The notes beneath the pieces were generated by a model that saw only the letters and a list, made by a program, of their open reading frames with translations, did not search any database and had not been told where the DNA came from. A DNA stretch of 64,000 bases. Origin: Amoebophrya sp. A120. Lineage: Eukaryota; Protista; Dinoflagellata. The stretch covers positions 10,154 through 74,153 of the forward strand of contig CAJINV010000011.1 of NCBI GenBank assembly GCA_905178155.1, in the 5' to 3' direction. The translations under genes were made by a program, and so were the position numbers. Of the stretch, positions 48,386-62,734 are shown piece after piece. Position 1 is the stretch's first letter. The number at the start of each line of letters is the position of its first letter.

Positions 48386-51300
48386 TCATTCTTCATCAAC
48401 ATCGACGTTAAGATCATGTCCATCTTCCTGATCGTCCAATTTCAAGTCTTGGCCTTTTCGGAATTTGTAGAGAGTCTTCTCCACCGCGTCGTCAACAATA
48501 AAGTCATCCTCGTCCTCTGTCGTGTCCATCCTGCATGGACAACGGATCTTCCTCTCCGGAGCCCACGCGAGAATCCGCTCCCAGTTTTTCTGGTCGTCGG
48601 AACTGTGTACGCCGACAGTCGTAGTGAACTGGGATTTATTTCGTCGATCTACCGCCTTCGACGTGCTCCTGGACGCAGATACAAGGACTCCTACGTCACC
48701 TAGTGGTGCAGCTACTAGCAAGGGTCGCTCGATATTGTTCTCGCCACTTATACTTTGCTCCTTTTCATCGCCCATCGAGACGAGATGGTGACCGGGAGCT
48801 ACTCCTCCTCCCCGTCCGACCTCCTCCATTCGCAAGCGAACGCCCGCCTTCCCGGCCGAGCATTTTCCCAGGTAGACGTGCGCGATCGGGTCTTCACAAA
48901 GTGCGCACAGCAGGATGCACAGCTCGCGCTCGGCGGTTCTCGAGGAACTGCTGGCGTTCTTCTCCAACACGGCGTTTGCAGGTGCAACGGGAGCCGCGGC
49001 GGGGAGCTGCTTGTAGTTCGAAGACTTCTTGTTCTCCGCTTCTTTTATTGCAACAACGCTCTCTGCCGACGGGGGTGAGTTTTTTCCTGCGGACGCCGTA
49101 TCGCGTTCCTGCAACAACTTCGTAGCCCGTTTCAACATCATCTGCGGGCGTTGTACTACCGGTCCTTGTTCTACTGGCAAGAGGGATATTGAGGACGTCG
49201 ATCCCCGAGCTGTAGACCGCGCTGCCTGAGTGCGGTGGTATGCTGTGCAAAAGTAATACTTCTTAATATCCCGGTACTCCTCGTAATAATCGCAATGATC
49301 ACCAATGAAAAATATCGTTTTTCAGGTACATCAGCATCACAAATTCCGTTTTTTATGGTCTCAAGCTAATTTTTTGTATGTGAACGCAATGTGGTGCCAT
49401 CAGTATCGGATAAGTAGAAGTACAACTTCATTTGCTGCAATTCTTAACCGAGTAGGCACTGCCGCAGCTTTGGACTTGATCTTCAGCGCCGGCTGCAACG
49501 CCGATGAAGCGGAAGTACTAAACGATGCAGCTACTGAAACAGGTTTTGACAGCGCTCTGTTCTTGTCGGCTTTCTTTATGACGGCAGAAGAAGAGGAGGA
49601 CGAGGGCACTAGCTTCAAGGTTGCTTTCGGTGCGGCAAGGACGGCGTCTTTCCAGTCTTGGTCATTTTTTTTGGATTTGCGAAACTTGCACAGAATCCAT
49701 TCCACGGTGTGTGCGAGCCAGCACAAAGGTTTCCCGTACTGCTGAAAAAGCTCCGTAAGGTCCGCCCGCATCAAATCGCACAGTACCAGCAGGCGCGCAT
49801 CGTCCAGGTCCCGCTCCGCAACCGATCTCGACTTTTTGGCTACCGCCGTGCCATCTTGTTCTTTGCTAATGGGCCAATTTTCACCGGAAACGGCCCACGC
49901 CAACGGAACTACTGTGTATGAACTGCAAATGTCTCTGGGTCTGCAACAAGAATACAGAAATTTGTCGTGCTGGAAGGCTAAGGGCAGGGCGTGCGAATGC
50001 AGAGATTCGCCATGCAATTTTCGGACCTGCTCCTGCAATACGGTCTGGTCTTCATCCAGCGCATGCCTAGCCCGCATGAGAGATGCCCTTTCCAGGAGGC
50101 AAAAAGCGCACGCTTGATTGTTGCTGACTATGCAATACAGATTTTCGTCTACTCCAGGATCAGTATGACAATTTCCTATGTTCGAGACCCAGACGTATTT
50201 GTAATGCATACTGCGCCCAGCCCGACTACTGCTTTGACGTCTTCTAGGACCTCGAAAAAAGGTATGAGAGTGCACAACCCCCCTCCGCTCCCCCCCCATT
50301 TGCATGGCACAAACATCAATACAAACGCCAACACGACAAGTGGAGGTTGTGCGTGACCAGTGCATGAGCGTTTCGGCTTCCGGAAGAAGCACCTGTCACG
50401 CAAACAGGCACGCAAGACAGCATGAGGGATTTTGCATGACAAAAATGCAAGGGGAGGATAGCGGGAGCAGGCGGCGAACTCTCATAAAAGCATCGAAAAG
50501 CTCGCAGAGGTCGATGAAGAACTCGTACAAGTAAAAAGGCATGTCGCGCAACAACTTTCGACCGTCCTTCGGTTTCGTCGTACTGCCGCTTCCCGCCGTC
50601 CACAACGCCCGAAAGAGTTCTGCAGCCGCGTGCAGTCTCGCATCAAGTGACTCCGTTACCGAGGGCGGCTCCCAATGCCGCAGTTCGTTCCAGAATTTTT
50701 GCAGGGTGGCTTCGCTTGCGAGCACCTGCATGCCGCGCTTGTCTCGTTTCCTTTTCTGTTCCAGGAATTGCAGCTCGTCCTCGGTGAAGGGGGGCACCAA
50801 GCCTAGAGGCAGAGGCTCGGACACCCAACTGCCATGGAAACTTGATTTCGTTCCCGGCTGCAAAATTCGCTGGAGAAGCGCTCGGTAGGCCACCTTCCCC
50901 GGCGACCCCTTTCCCCCTGGCGTGGTTTGCGGCAACTTCTGGTGCAAAAATCCGCTTCGGCCGGCGTCCCGCCGAAGCGCCGTAGCGTCCTCGTCCGAGC
51001 CACTCGTGAGCGCGCCCTTGTTCGACTCTGCCTCGCATGATCCACTGCGAATCTATCCGGTTCATCTGGAAAATCTTTACCTGGCTTGTTGTCATGTGTC
51101 GACGAGGACATTAAGAACACCAACAGGAAGGAAAGAATTGTATAAATAAACGAAAGTTCTTGAGCTACAGTTGCATCGGTTTGCTAAGCAGAAACGCAGT
51201 CTGTCATGCGATTTACACAATACCTGGGCGTGGGCACTGAAAACTTTGTCACGCGGCATTAAAAATATTTCCCAATAATTATAACATTGCAGCCTGCTTA

Positions 51301-51566
51301 TGATCCACGCATTTTTAGCGTTACGACTTTCCAGACACGGAAATATTTGCATTGGATACCGCAATCAGCAGCTCTTTGGTGAACTGGAGGAGCAGCCCAC
51401 ACCGTTCGTGCTGCACGTTTCGCAGCTGCATCTCCAGAAATTCGCCCCAGCCATCGCTGACGCTTGTTTCAAACTGCTCGCCGAGGTAGTGAGAGACGAC
51501 TAGCTCCTTGGCTTGGCGCAGCGCCGGGTCTTGCGGAGTGTTGTGAGCGGCGTAGACCAGTGCCAT
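48386..51566 (-). CDS. Multi-exon hypothetical protein
   Basis: ELFDAF|FEVLEDVKAVVGLGA|VVPLAW joins in frame across two elements; terminal ORF 48386-49180; outer linkage tentative. Confidence 0.55.
49917..50210. mobile_element. Introner family A
   Basis: Flanks ctgtg/ctgcg; frame restored. Confidence 0.85.
50263..50486. mobile_element. Introner family F
   Basis: tatgagagtgc...gaactctcata; flanks aaagg/aaagc; frame restored. Confidence 0.8.
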
Positions 51567-51969
51567 CGCCCAGGAGGCCCTTGTTCACACTACTAGATCG
51601 TGGGTCGGGAGGCGCTGTCTTGCATCCGTCATTTAATGTTGCTTGCTGTTCAGAAGTACCGGTAATTTTTGCGCGGAGACAACGCTAATGACGAACAAAT
51701 AAAAATAAGTACATAAAGTCGGAAGTCGTCCAATTCCTAGATCTAGACCAAGGCGCTGAGGGAAAAAAACTAATTGGCAAATGGTTCTACTACAGCGGTA
51801 AAGGACGACCCAAGGGCTCTCGAAGCTTGGCTGTGGCTGGTTGCTGTTTGAAAAAAGCGACAACAATAGAGAAATTCATTGCACACAAAGATGGCGATCG
51901 GATCGATGTTCTTGGTAAATTCTTTTTAGGCCGTGACAGATGCGCTACTGAAGAGATAACGGAACACAA

Positions 51970-53650
51970 GGCGGCCCGTTAGCTACTGGCGCCGCCCGAG
52001 ATATCGAGCAACCGCCAAACGGGTGAAAGATAATATAGACAAACTGCCTGCTCGGCCGCGGGCTTGCCCATCCGCCTCCTCGTCTTGCTGGCTGCCTCAT
52101 TGCTGCCAGCCTAGCTAGCTTAGCAAGCTACCAGGCGGCGGTGGCCAATCTGCACATATGGGCAACCACCCCGCGCCACAACGAGCGCGCCAACCTACCA
52201 CGCTCGGACGGCCGGCCGCCCCACGCGCGCTTTAGGCGGCCGTGCACGCGCGCGGGCGCGCGCCCCCCGTACATTCGGCGGGGGCACAGACGGCAGGACT
52301 ACGCGGCCGGCGGGGAAGGGGGGCAAGGGCCTGGCCGGCTACGCGGCGCGCTGGTAAGTTAGAGAGGACAAGGCCGCGCCGGCCCCTCCCATGCGATTGC
52401 CCAGCGGCATCGCCCGCGCCCCGGCGGGCCGAGCGAGGGGGCCGGCGACCGGCGCCCCGGCAGACATTGGCTGCGTTCGGTGCTCGCTTTTTACTTCCAG
52501 CTTGGGCGGAAGACGAAGATGGCAATCCCGCGCCTATATCTGTTCCGTGGCCAGTCAAGAGTCAGCCCGCCCGCGGGCGGCAGGTGGCGGGCGGCGCCCC
52601 CCCAACAAGTAAAAAACGGGCCGACTAGGCGCGACGGCGCGCGCCGGTGCTCAACTTGCCCGCCGGGCTTCTGCTGTGGGTGGCCCCCGGGAAAAGGCGC
52701 GAAGCTGCGGGCCGCCGAGGTTCCTCGCGATGGATAACTCTCGGCCATGGCCAACGCAAACACCTTCCGGTGGTCGCCGTTTATCAGCCCGGCGCGGCTG
52801 CCCGCCTTCGGGGGGAGGTATTTGCAGCCGCGGCCAGGGCCGCGCCGGCGGGGCTGCGTCTTCGTAAATTCCGGCCGGCGCCCTTCCTTCGACCGTGGCA
52901 ACGGTCCACAGCTTCAGATGCTTGCCCCAAGTCCCTCTCCCTTGCTTGGGCTTTTGTGCTGCGTAATGTAATTCCATGCGGGGGCGCTGACTCGTAGCAC
53001 CCACGGCGGGGCGCGGACACACAGAGTGGCGGGCCCCTCGCTCCCAGATAATGCGCCAGGCGCGCGACCCTCTGGGCCATTTTTGAAAGCCGCTACGTGT
53101 TGTCCCCCCCCCGCTATCGCCCCGACGCAACCCGCTCCGGGCTCATATGCGGGCGGGGTCTTTGGGGCGACACCTTCGGGCATCCGGCCCCATGGTCCGA
53201 TAGCTGCACGCGCCCGGCCGCCACCCTTCTCGCCCCGGCCCTCTGGTTCTCGTCCCGCTTGCTTTCATACTTCACCACAGGGGCGGGCCAACCAAAATTC
53301 ACCCAGGCAGGGGCGGGGCGCGCGCCCGCGCCAGCCCAGCGCGGCCGCCGGCTTTAGTCATGACGCGCGACCTGAAATTCTTCACGAGGGCACGTCGTTG
53401 CGACTACCGAAAACGGACGCGCTTTTGATCTTCCCGACTACGGGCGGGCGCGCTGCCGCACTGGTTCCAGTTGCGGGGCGATCCATCGACAAGGGGCAGG
53501 GCGGCAACACGCCGGGCCGCGTTCGTTTGCCGCACCAAACTGGGCACCTGCGGCAGGCCAGTGCCGGCGCACCACGCAGGGCGCTTGACTCGGGCCACCG
53601 GACGCCAATCGCGCCGGCGGTTTTCCTGTCAATGGATGCGGGGTCTCCTT
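51970..53650. other. Very GC-rich block of unknown nature
   Basis: Abrupt composition shift; overlapping ORFs in all frames with no recognisable protein. Confidence 0.4.
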
Positions 53651-55988
53651 CGCGTTGTGAGTGGCTTCTTGATCCAAGACCCTTGTTGGTGCTCCAGGTC
53701 GTCGCGTCGAAGCGATTTACTCAGAACACAAAACAATCTGACTATGCTTCTACAGCTTCTGAAATCCAAATTCTGTGGGTTAATTTCACCTTCGCAACGA
53801 AGGGCGTTTCTTCATGAGCACGTGATAGTAGATACGAAACGCTTGTGCTTCGCTATTCAAACTGTAGCGCAAGACATCTCGCATTTTCAAAATATTTGCT
53901 CAAGTTTTTCCCCTGAACGCACACGGCGCTGGTGCGTCATTCGAATATCATTCCTCGTCTTAGTAGTTCAACATCTCTTACGACAGATTTGGAACCGCCC
54001 ACGCTAGATGGAGCCAGGCTTCGTTCTCAACCACCTCCTCTCCTATAAAACAACTCGCCTGCTTCTCAATAGCGCAGACGCTCGATCCGGCTTTGCAAGG
54101 CGAAACCTTCTCTACTAACTCGTTTTCATCTTCTCCGAAACAACTTTGAGCCGGTAGTTTCTTTCCCCTCTCGTGAAGATGTCGTGGCTCCGATATTTTT
54201 TGCGCTAGCACGGAAGGCTTCGCAGCAGATTGTTTCTCCTCGCGTTGTTCCTACTCGTTGGCGTGACGCGCCGTTGATTACTTAGACGTTGCGTTGCTCG
54301 CGCCGAAAAAAACTTGTTCATCGTCGATCGTGTGTATAATCTTCACGGCGACAAAAAATGATGTAAATATCGTCCCAATCGTAGTCATCTCACCAGCCTG
54401 ATCTTCTTCTCAGTCGCGTGAAGGCAGCTGCTAATGGAAGATCTTAGTACGCGGCTCCCGTTGTTGATTGTGGTTTTGGTTCAACGAAATGGTATCTCGG
54501 GCCTGGTACCATGAAGACCACGGGTAATAAGCAGCCGATCATGTAGGTGTAGTGGCAGAAATCAAAATCCTGTAGTTCCCTGGTTGTGCCCTCATGACGG
54601 TTCCTCGGTCTCGGTAGCTAAGTATTGTCGTGATGCAAGAAAAGAGTAGAGGAGCCGGTGTTGACACATGGAGGTTGTGCTTCGTACTGCGTGCTGTTGT
54701 TCACGACCTGTCATCGCCAATCTTGATGGTCCCGATGTACAAAACAAACATCTCCTCCTGACTTTCGTTGCCAAACGCGAAGTAGTTGAAAACTAATAAA
54801 TAAGGCGTGGCGAAACTGCGATACCGATATTAATCTCTCGTAAGTGGTGCTGGCTGCAGGAGCTGCCACGTCGTCATCTCCTAAACCACGTCAACTACTA
54901 CAACTTCCAACGGGCATTTTTCCCTCGCGTTATTTTCCCTCGGTTAACATCCTTTTGAAGCAGCGTGGAGTTGTATTTTGCGGTCAGTGCCAGTAGTGTC
55001 GGAGCGATACTGGGTAGGCCGCCTGGGGTCGATTCTGTGTTTGAGTTCGAATTGAAAAATCAGCGCCTTGTTGTTCCTAAACATTAATCAACAAGACCTC
55101 ATCAAGTATGCATTTCACAACTTTTGAAACCACAACAGGAAACAAAAGTCAGTACCTGGCATGATCCACATTGCGTAGCTCATGGAACCTCTTGTAGCCG
55201 GTTGCTGACGTTTATTTTCGTAAGTGATGCAGCCTTTCATAGCCAGTATTTCCAACATGTCGTCTTTAATCGTGGGTGTAATTTAGTTGAAATTGAAGAA
55301 TTTTTCGTAGCAATGTTTTTTCCCCTCGCGGTCGTATCTTTTTGGATGTTGTTGCGGTTAGAAGTAGAAGTCGCAAAGGTGCAGCTCAAATGTAGTCGCA
55401 AGAACATGGCACCCGTCGCCCGCTGTGGTGTAGCTCGCGTGGAGCCGAATCCTCGTTTTGATTGATACGTCGTTGGTGTTGTTGCTGATTTCCGTTCGAA
55501 AAAAAAAATGGGATGACGTGCATTCGAAGAGACGGGACGAGAAGAAGAACTCACCCGTAGCTGTCGCTTCGTAGAGTAAGAGTGCTGGCTTAAATAAAAT
55601 TGTCGGCATTTTTCGGTGGAGGTAATAAGTACTAGCTTTTGCCACCGCTCCTCTTTTCGTCGCAAAACTCTAAATTTAGCTGCCTGGTGGTTTCGCTGTT
55701 GATGTTGTAACGGGTCGTTGTATAAAAATAAATGTAAAAGAAGGTTGTTGAACAATATAGAGTCGTGCCGGATAGAGCGCGAAGGCGTAGAACTGGTGTT
55801 GACGTGGCAAGATTGTTCTCCGTCCTGGTGAATCTACTACGACGTCCACTGCTATTTATTGTTAAGTCATCATCGCCCACCTCCACAAAAATCCTCTGAT
55901 GTGCATTACTAACATTTACCGATGTGGAGAGTGAGCTTCTCCTGCTGATCCTGCTTAGCTCCCGGGTAGCTGTAGTTTAGGCATTTGT

Positions 55989-58900
55989 TTACTGGAACAG
56001 GGCCTTCTTCGTCTTACCGTCTTCCAAGTTAGTGGGAATCGCTCTGCAACCGCTCGTATCGAACGCAAATGTGACTAGGTCAGGAAAAGTGCAATGTTTG
56101 TCATGCATTTCTTTAAAATGACCTATAAGTAAGAGCAACTTCATCTTCAACTTCTGTGATGTATGCTCTAGCATCACAGATTTTCTGTGTATTTCTTGAT
56201 GCCTTTCCAGCAAAAGACATAAAATGCCTCCTCCGCGGAGGAAAAAAATGCGCGGCTCTTGCTGCTGAGGCAAGACAAATTTTTTCAGACTCCAAAACCA
56301 GCATCACAAGCTGCAATCTCGCCGACTCAGACAAATTTGCATCCGATAGCCCTCTTCTTGCTCGTGCTGTTGCTCCCTGGACGATCCTATGCATTGCTAA
56401 CATGTCTGGGTCTGGACGATCGAAACTTCTGGTGCGCGTTTTGGATCAGACAAAAATCTGTCATGCATGGAAAGCAAAAGTCGCCCAGTTGTTGTCACCA
56501 AATCCTCGAACTCCTCATGCGGGGTAGGCATTGAGAAAGCTGCCAGAGCTTCTTGGTCATGCAAAAACAGCATGACAAAGTCCACCGCACATCATTTCCG
56601 GACCCAGACACGTTTGCAATGCATAGATCCGGTGACAGGTGAGTCGTTCCGGTCACACCGCGGGCGGGAGCAAGAAGTGCTTGTTGCACGGCAGCGCGGC
56701 GAACTCGCAGTCTTCGCTCGCTTGTGTTCATCGTCGCAAGAACTTTTGGACGTCGATTTCTTTCGCCTTTTCTGCCCCCCGCTGGCGTCGCCGCTATCGC
56801 ATTCGTTCTCGTTACCACCTATAATTGCGCAGGGTAGACACAATTTCTTCGACGTCGTGCTCATTGTTACTATCTCTGTTCTTGTGCATGTAGTGGTCCC
56901 AGAACACGTCGTGCTCTTCGGCGGAGGAAAAGTCTGATTTCTAACATGCTGGCCGTGGTGAAGCAAATCCTTCAGCGATGAACGTCCCATGTAGTTCTCT
57001 TCGTCCACAAACTCCAGCTCAACATCCGACGTGCTGTCAGCTACCGTGACTGCAGCTGGATGTTGTTTTTGTTTTACTTTTTTGTTTTTGCTCCTCCCTG
57101 GTCCTCGTGCTCGTGCTCCTTGTTGCTGCTCCGCACTCTGTGGTGTACTACAGGAGGAGATCATCTCCCTCGACTCGTGCGCGACAAGCGCAGGTGGAAA
57201 ATGTTCCTTGTGGTGGTTGCTGCTGTGGTTGTCGGGACTTCCACAGCTACTTGAGATGATCCGTGGCTCGCGCGAAAGCGGATGTTGACCACGGTAGTTG
57301 TACGACCCAGGAACAACTTCTGCACAGGAAGTTGCACTACTTCCGAAATTTTTATCGTCCATAATGGACGACGGCCACACGTCTGCCCGCTCGGTCGAAC
57401 GTGGTCGGACGTTGATATTTGATGTTGCGGGAGGCCCGTCTAGCATTGAAGGTTCGCGTTTGTTAATGCAAGAACCTCCTCCCCCTGTGGACGACGAGAG
57501 TACACTTTGCCGATTTTGTGCTGGTCTAGGAGAGCGGCTGCTGGTGCACACTTTTCGATCCGGACCGCCATGCTTATCGGACGAGGAAGAACTAGTTTTC
57601 ATCACTTTGGAGGAGGTAGTAGAAACGAGACCGATGTTTATTTCTGCACCGCTGTCCGTTGCAGTTGTAGCAGTACGACAAGAAGAACCCGTGCTGGAAA
57701 TAAGTCGCATCAGTTGTGAAGATTCTTTCGTCTTGTCCTCTGTAGTTGTACTTTTTGTTATCTGGGCGGATGGTCCTCCCGAGTAAGAAGTTGTTGTAGG
57801 TTGTGGCGTATCCAGTGCAAATATGTCTGGGCCTGGAATATTTTTCAGGGATTTGTCATGCTACTTTGGTACGCTTACATCAATTCACTGACATGCATCG
57901 CAACTTTCCAGACCCAGACATATTTGCAATGCATATAGCATCTTCTTGAGCCCGTTGTTCCACCTTCCCGTGCGAATAAGCTCCTCGTTCCTCCTGCTGT
58001 TAGCCAGTTCGGACATCACGCGCTTCGGGTAGTTCATGTAGCTGCTATCGATTGTCACAGGCTTCTCCTTTATGCATCGCAAAAGTTGTTGTACTATCCT
58101 CCTACTAGTATGAATTGCATTTACAAATTTGTTCACACGGAAAATTAGAATTTGTGATGCTGGTTTAGCTGGTATAGAAAAAAGATTTGTCATATATCAT
58201 TGAATTTTGCAATAAGTACAACGACGATACTTATTTTGCAGCCCATATCCTTCACCTGTTGACAACGAGTGCGACGTCGTGGTTCTGTATGCGGTTTTGA
58301 GGTTGTAGCTGCTGCTGTGGTAACTTTAATATAATCCGCTGTAGTTGCAGTTGCTGTCGGTTTTGAGGTTGTAGCTGCTGTAGTGGTGATTTTAATACTC
58401 GCTGTAGTTGCACTTGCGGTCGGTTTTGAGGTTGTGGGTGCTGCTCTGGTAATTTTAATATCCGCTGTTGATGCAGTCTCTGTCGGTTTTGAGGTTGTAG
58501 CTGCTGTACTTGTGGTACGTTTGATATCCGCTGTAGTTGCAGTTGCTGTCGGTTTTGAGGTTGTAGTTCCTTTAGTCGTTATTTGCAGTTGCTGTGTTGT
58601 AGTTGCAGTTGCTGCGCCGACGCCTTTATTATTTCCCAAGTCCATGTTGATCCGTGGCGTCAAGGTTACGTGGGTCTTGGCTCGCGGAGTAATACTAACA
58701 TTCATGGCCGGGGTCGGCGAGGGAGCTGCACTGGTGCGGCTACGTGGCTTTAGCAGCACTACCCGGTGGACGCCGGATTATACCAACTGAAAACCTGCTC
58801 TTTCCGTACAGTTCTTGTTATAGTATTTCTGTCAAACATTTCGTTTCTAAGTACCACGGACAAAAAATCAAGAATACATGTTGATTTTTTCACAACATAG

Positions 58901-59676
58901 AACCTCCACTCCTACTTCTTAGAAATAGGATACCATGCACGTGTCGCTCCCTCGCAAAATCTTACCGCGGACACCTTCTCCTCTGCATCATGTTCAAAAC
59001 AACCGTTGTATTTATCACAATAAGCCGAGACATCGTTAAACCGAGACGAGTATAGAATCGTTCACAGATGAGACGAGGTAAAAATAAAACCAGCTACTGA
59101 AGAACTGTCGGAAGAACTCGAAAACCGTTCCCTTTCCGTAGTTGATTCGGGTGGCTTGGTCAAGGTGACGGTGGTCTGGTGCGGGGTGTCGTTGGCAAAG
59201 TCCATTTGCACGGCTGCATTCCGCTTCAGATGTACCAGCTTGCCGTCCTTCGGGTCATCGCTGCTCGCGCCAGGGTCTTGATTGGAGTCCGTCTCGCGGC
59301 CGCCAGAGGTATTGAAACCACCACGTGGCGCCCCAGAACCAGAAGACCGCCCTGTAGAAGTTGCTCGCGGCACTAGAACCACAGGCTTGTTAAGTCCCTC
59401 CACTTCAGACGGCCGCTTGAGACTGACGCGAACCTTTTCGGCACGGCACTGGTCCTCGCGCAGGAGTTTGGTCTCGTAGTTGGGCACGAGGCGGACGGTT
59501 TCAGTTTCTGTTGGCCCGCTGGAGGAAATGATCATCATTCCCTGGTCGCCCCTGTGCGGCTGCTCGACCACACGTTGTGCCCGTATCTGCGAGGACGGGG
59601 TGGAAGTCGTTCTTGTGCTCGACGACAGTTGCATCTCCATCGCTGCTGGGCGGAATGCGGCTCTCCGTGTTAGCAA
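55989..59676 (-). CDS. Ser/Thr-rich low-complexity multi-exon protein (both ends uncertain)
   Basis: In-frame joins QQVKE|KPVT, LKKML|QPTT...MRLISS, PVTGS|SREQQHEQEEG|GCRAIP. Confidence 0.65.
56057..56348. mobile_element. Introner family A (diverged)
   Basis: Flanks gctcg/gccct; frame restored. Confidence 0.75.
56388..56625. mobile_element. Introner family A
   Basis: Perfect TSD gatcc; frame restored. Confidence 0.9.
57809..57935. mobile_element. Introner family A, minimal 127-bp form
   Basis: Flanks tggcg/tagca; frame restored. Confidence 0.85.
58071..58247. mobile_element. Introner family E (diverged)
   Basis: Perfect TSD tcctt; frame restored. Confidence 0.8.
58290..58570 (-). repeat. 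Coding tandem repeat, about 60-66 bp x 5 (TTSKPTATATTADIK), mucin-like
   Basis: cggttttgaggttg recurs five times. Confidence 0.85.
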
Positions 59677-62600
59677 AACCTGAGATGAGTTGTTGAATTA
59701 ATCGTAAAACTAAAACCAAATGGTGCAACATCAACTATCACGGAAATAATATTCTCACACCTCGATTATAAAGTTTTTTTTCGGGTTCTCCACTTGGAAC
59801 AGAAATCTCGAAAGATGAAAAGGCGAAGAACTACTGTTCTCTAACCATTGAACATTTGCAGAAATACGCCGTCGGTCTTTTCTTCCTGTAAATTTCGTGC
59901 TGTAAATAAAGTACTTGTGGGCTGCTCCGGCTGCTGCTACGTAGATCGTGTGGCTTCAAATGCCGCCCTGCGGAAATGAAAGCCATCGCTGCACGGCACC
60001 GGCCGTTTTACGGGAAATTTTCTGTGACCGATGTCGACGCAGGTGGAAGTGAACGAGAAAAGCGACCGGTATGAAGCGGTTTGTGGCGCGGGATATCAGT
60101 GATCCCCGGTAGTTCCTGAGCTGCACGACGGAAGCGGGTAGTACCTCGTCTTGAGATTTTATGCGTCAAAAAAAACAAACTCCCGGATCCAAAGTGAATT
60201 TATGGATGGCGACGGCTAGTAGTAACAAAGCTGAATAGGGTGAAATTTTGGTAAAGTAGCTTGCGATCAGACTACTTGACACTGGAATTGTCCCAGCATT
60301 TTCTTTTTCTCAGAAGGTCAGGCTAAAGAAGTACACTACGCTCACTTATGTCTGGTGCCGAGCAAGCGTGTATAGTTTACGTTCACGAAAAACACAAAAA
60401 TTTTTGCATAGCAAAAAAAGGCAGCAAAGAGGAAACGGTTGCTTGACTAAACAGACGAGCCGGTCGCGCGCTCTTTCAGCCTACGCAGCTCATGAGCTTC
60501 TTCCTGTATTGTTCTTCAGCAAGCTGTTGGCAAGTCGAACGATTACTATATCACCACAATTTGCAGTAGAGCTTGAGCTGTCAGATTTTGATTGAAACCT
60601 CTGGAGCCTGTGCTGCAAGCATACTACTTTCAAGTCGACGGCATCAGTCATCTACAGCCGCGCCTAGCACTACTCGGAGCCGCAGACATCACTCGCTTCG
60701 TGAGATCATGCGCAAAATAAAACTACACATGCCGTAACGCTGCAGGACGCGGATCCATTACAAGAAATGTCAGATCGCTTTGGCCTTAAGATCTGCCATG
60801 TTGATTGACCCAGGGTAATTGTGCTTGAAGCGCGAAAGAACTAGCAGAAAGAGAAAAATAATGACCTCGCCTGGATCGACTTCGAAATCGATATGGATCT
60901 TTGTGTCTTATTTTAGTAGAGTAGTCTTTGTGCGATGTAGTTGATGACACTTTGTGCGAGCCCTTAGGTCGCTGTAGGTACTAGTTGCTGTTCTAGTGCC
61001 TGTGGCTTCGATCTTGATGTGGCGCGGCACGAAGGTGGCGCGCAAAAAAAAACTGAGGGGTGTGTCGTGCGTGCTCCTCATTATAGCCATGCTCGTAGCT
61101 TGAGCTTGTTCGGTTCTTGTTTTGATAAAAGTACAACTTCGTTGGTGTTTCACAATTCTGTTGTTCCCTCGGCGTTATTCTTTGGCTTGGTGGCAAAGGT
61201 TCTGCTCTTTTGACGGCCCTGCCAGGCACCAGCAAATTCTTGCTTGAAAATATGCATATTTCAGTCAATCAGATCTAGAACCACTAAAATTGTATCGAGT
61301 CTCGTGGTTATCGGATTTCGACTTGATGATGCTGTTATCTTCAAAGATAGTTGGCTACGACCACACTGCTACTCCACCGCCAAATGTAAAGAAACAGATG
61401 CAGCCACTGAACTTGTGAATAACTACGCTCATTCGAATCTGCTGTCAAAGCTGCTAGCATCTTGGTCACTGCCTCCTCAACGACTGAGGAAGACGTCGCT
61501 GTGAGAACAAGAACAAATCATGATGCTATTTTAATAAACTAACCAGTTGCCACCTTATTCTGCCAGTAGATACGCCATCTCTATTTTGTGTATAGCTGTG
61601 CTTCTTGTATATTATTTTCGTTAACAGATAACATATGTAGAATCGAATTTTATTGTTGGGCGGTTTTCATGCAATCGCTTTCCGCGATGAGAGCACTACT
61701 CCTCCATTCATGTGTGTTGCTATGTAAAATAGAAGTGATATTATTAATGCGCCCGGGCGGCGCGCAGCCGGCTTTTTTCATGTTTTTACCATGTTCTTTT
61801 TTCAATGCGCCTGTATGTTGTAAAGGCGAGTATTAAAGAGTACGGGCAGGTGGAGTTTTTTTCCGTACAAATGAGTCCTTTAAAAGAAGAACCAAGCATG
61901 ACAAAAGAAAGCGTTTCTATTGATGTGAGAGTAAGTAAACGCAAATACATTCTTTTTCTTAAAGATTCAAAGTTTCAGAGCGATTTTCTATTGGGCTCGC
62001 TCATAAGGAGCGGCAGGAGTTTTCCGTGGGATAAAATTTGCAAAACTTCTCATCCCTGAAAGAGTCTGCTGCATCTGATGCTGAACTTCAAACAACCTTT
62101 ATAGACATCAATGCCAGCGTAAGAATAAATATGTATTAACTTGATAAAATTATTGCCTGACGTCCTGCCATTATAGGCAAGCATTAGCGGAAAAATACAA
62201 CCACGAAAAGTAAAAAACACGCTTTGCTCGAAAGCAAGGACTATTAAATCACTTGAGGATGCAACACGGGATTTTGTGCGGAAGGTCCTCTGTGATGTTG
62301 TGGCCGCCCACCTAGCTGTAGTATTATGCACGTGTCCAGCTGGTTTCTTGCTCTTTGTACTGTGCCGCTTGGTACTAACTTGGAAGGCACATAAAAACGT
62401 TCAGAGCTGCACGATGACCATGAGAAGGCTAAATCGGATCTACTTCTCAGTGCTCGTAAAAAATGGTTTGGTTTTTGCGCGACTTACCCCAGGGGGCGCG
62501 TTGATGACGCACATAAATACACTTCAACACGATCGTCGAAATGAATGAAATTGCAAAGTCTAACTACATTCGACGCTTTTGCTTTTTTATTATCAAGATT

Positions 62601-62734
62601 CTGCGTTCACACATCTACACACTTCGAAACCTAGTTCCCAGCAAGTGCACAACAGTTGTCTTGGAAACTTCTTCGTCAAAGTTCGCCGGCCACTTCGATT
62701 GCAAGTCGGAGGTGAGTGTTGAGCGGTTCACAGA

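Noticed and set aside
51050-51358. Additional family A element ending at 51358
   Set aside because: The right end is clear, but I could not place a matching left end or TSD.
52730-52765. 5.8S rRNA-like ggataactctcggccatgg
   Set aside because: The match is too short and the conserved downstream 5.8S core is absent.
2452-57935. Uneven mismatch positions within the 5-bp repeats (hand tally about 4/15/6/11/15 for positions 1-5)
   Set aside because: Small, hand-counted sample confounded by codon position; needs genome-wide counts.
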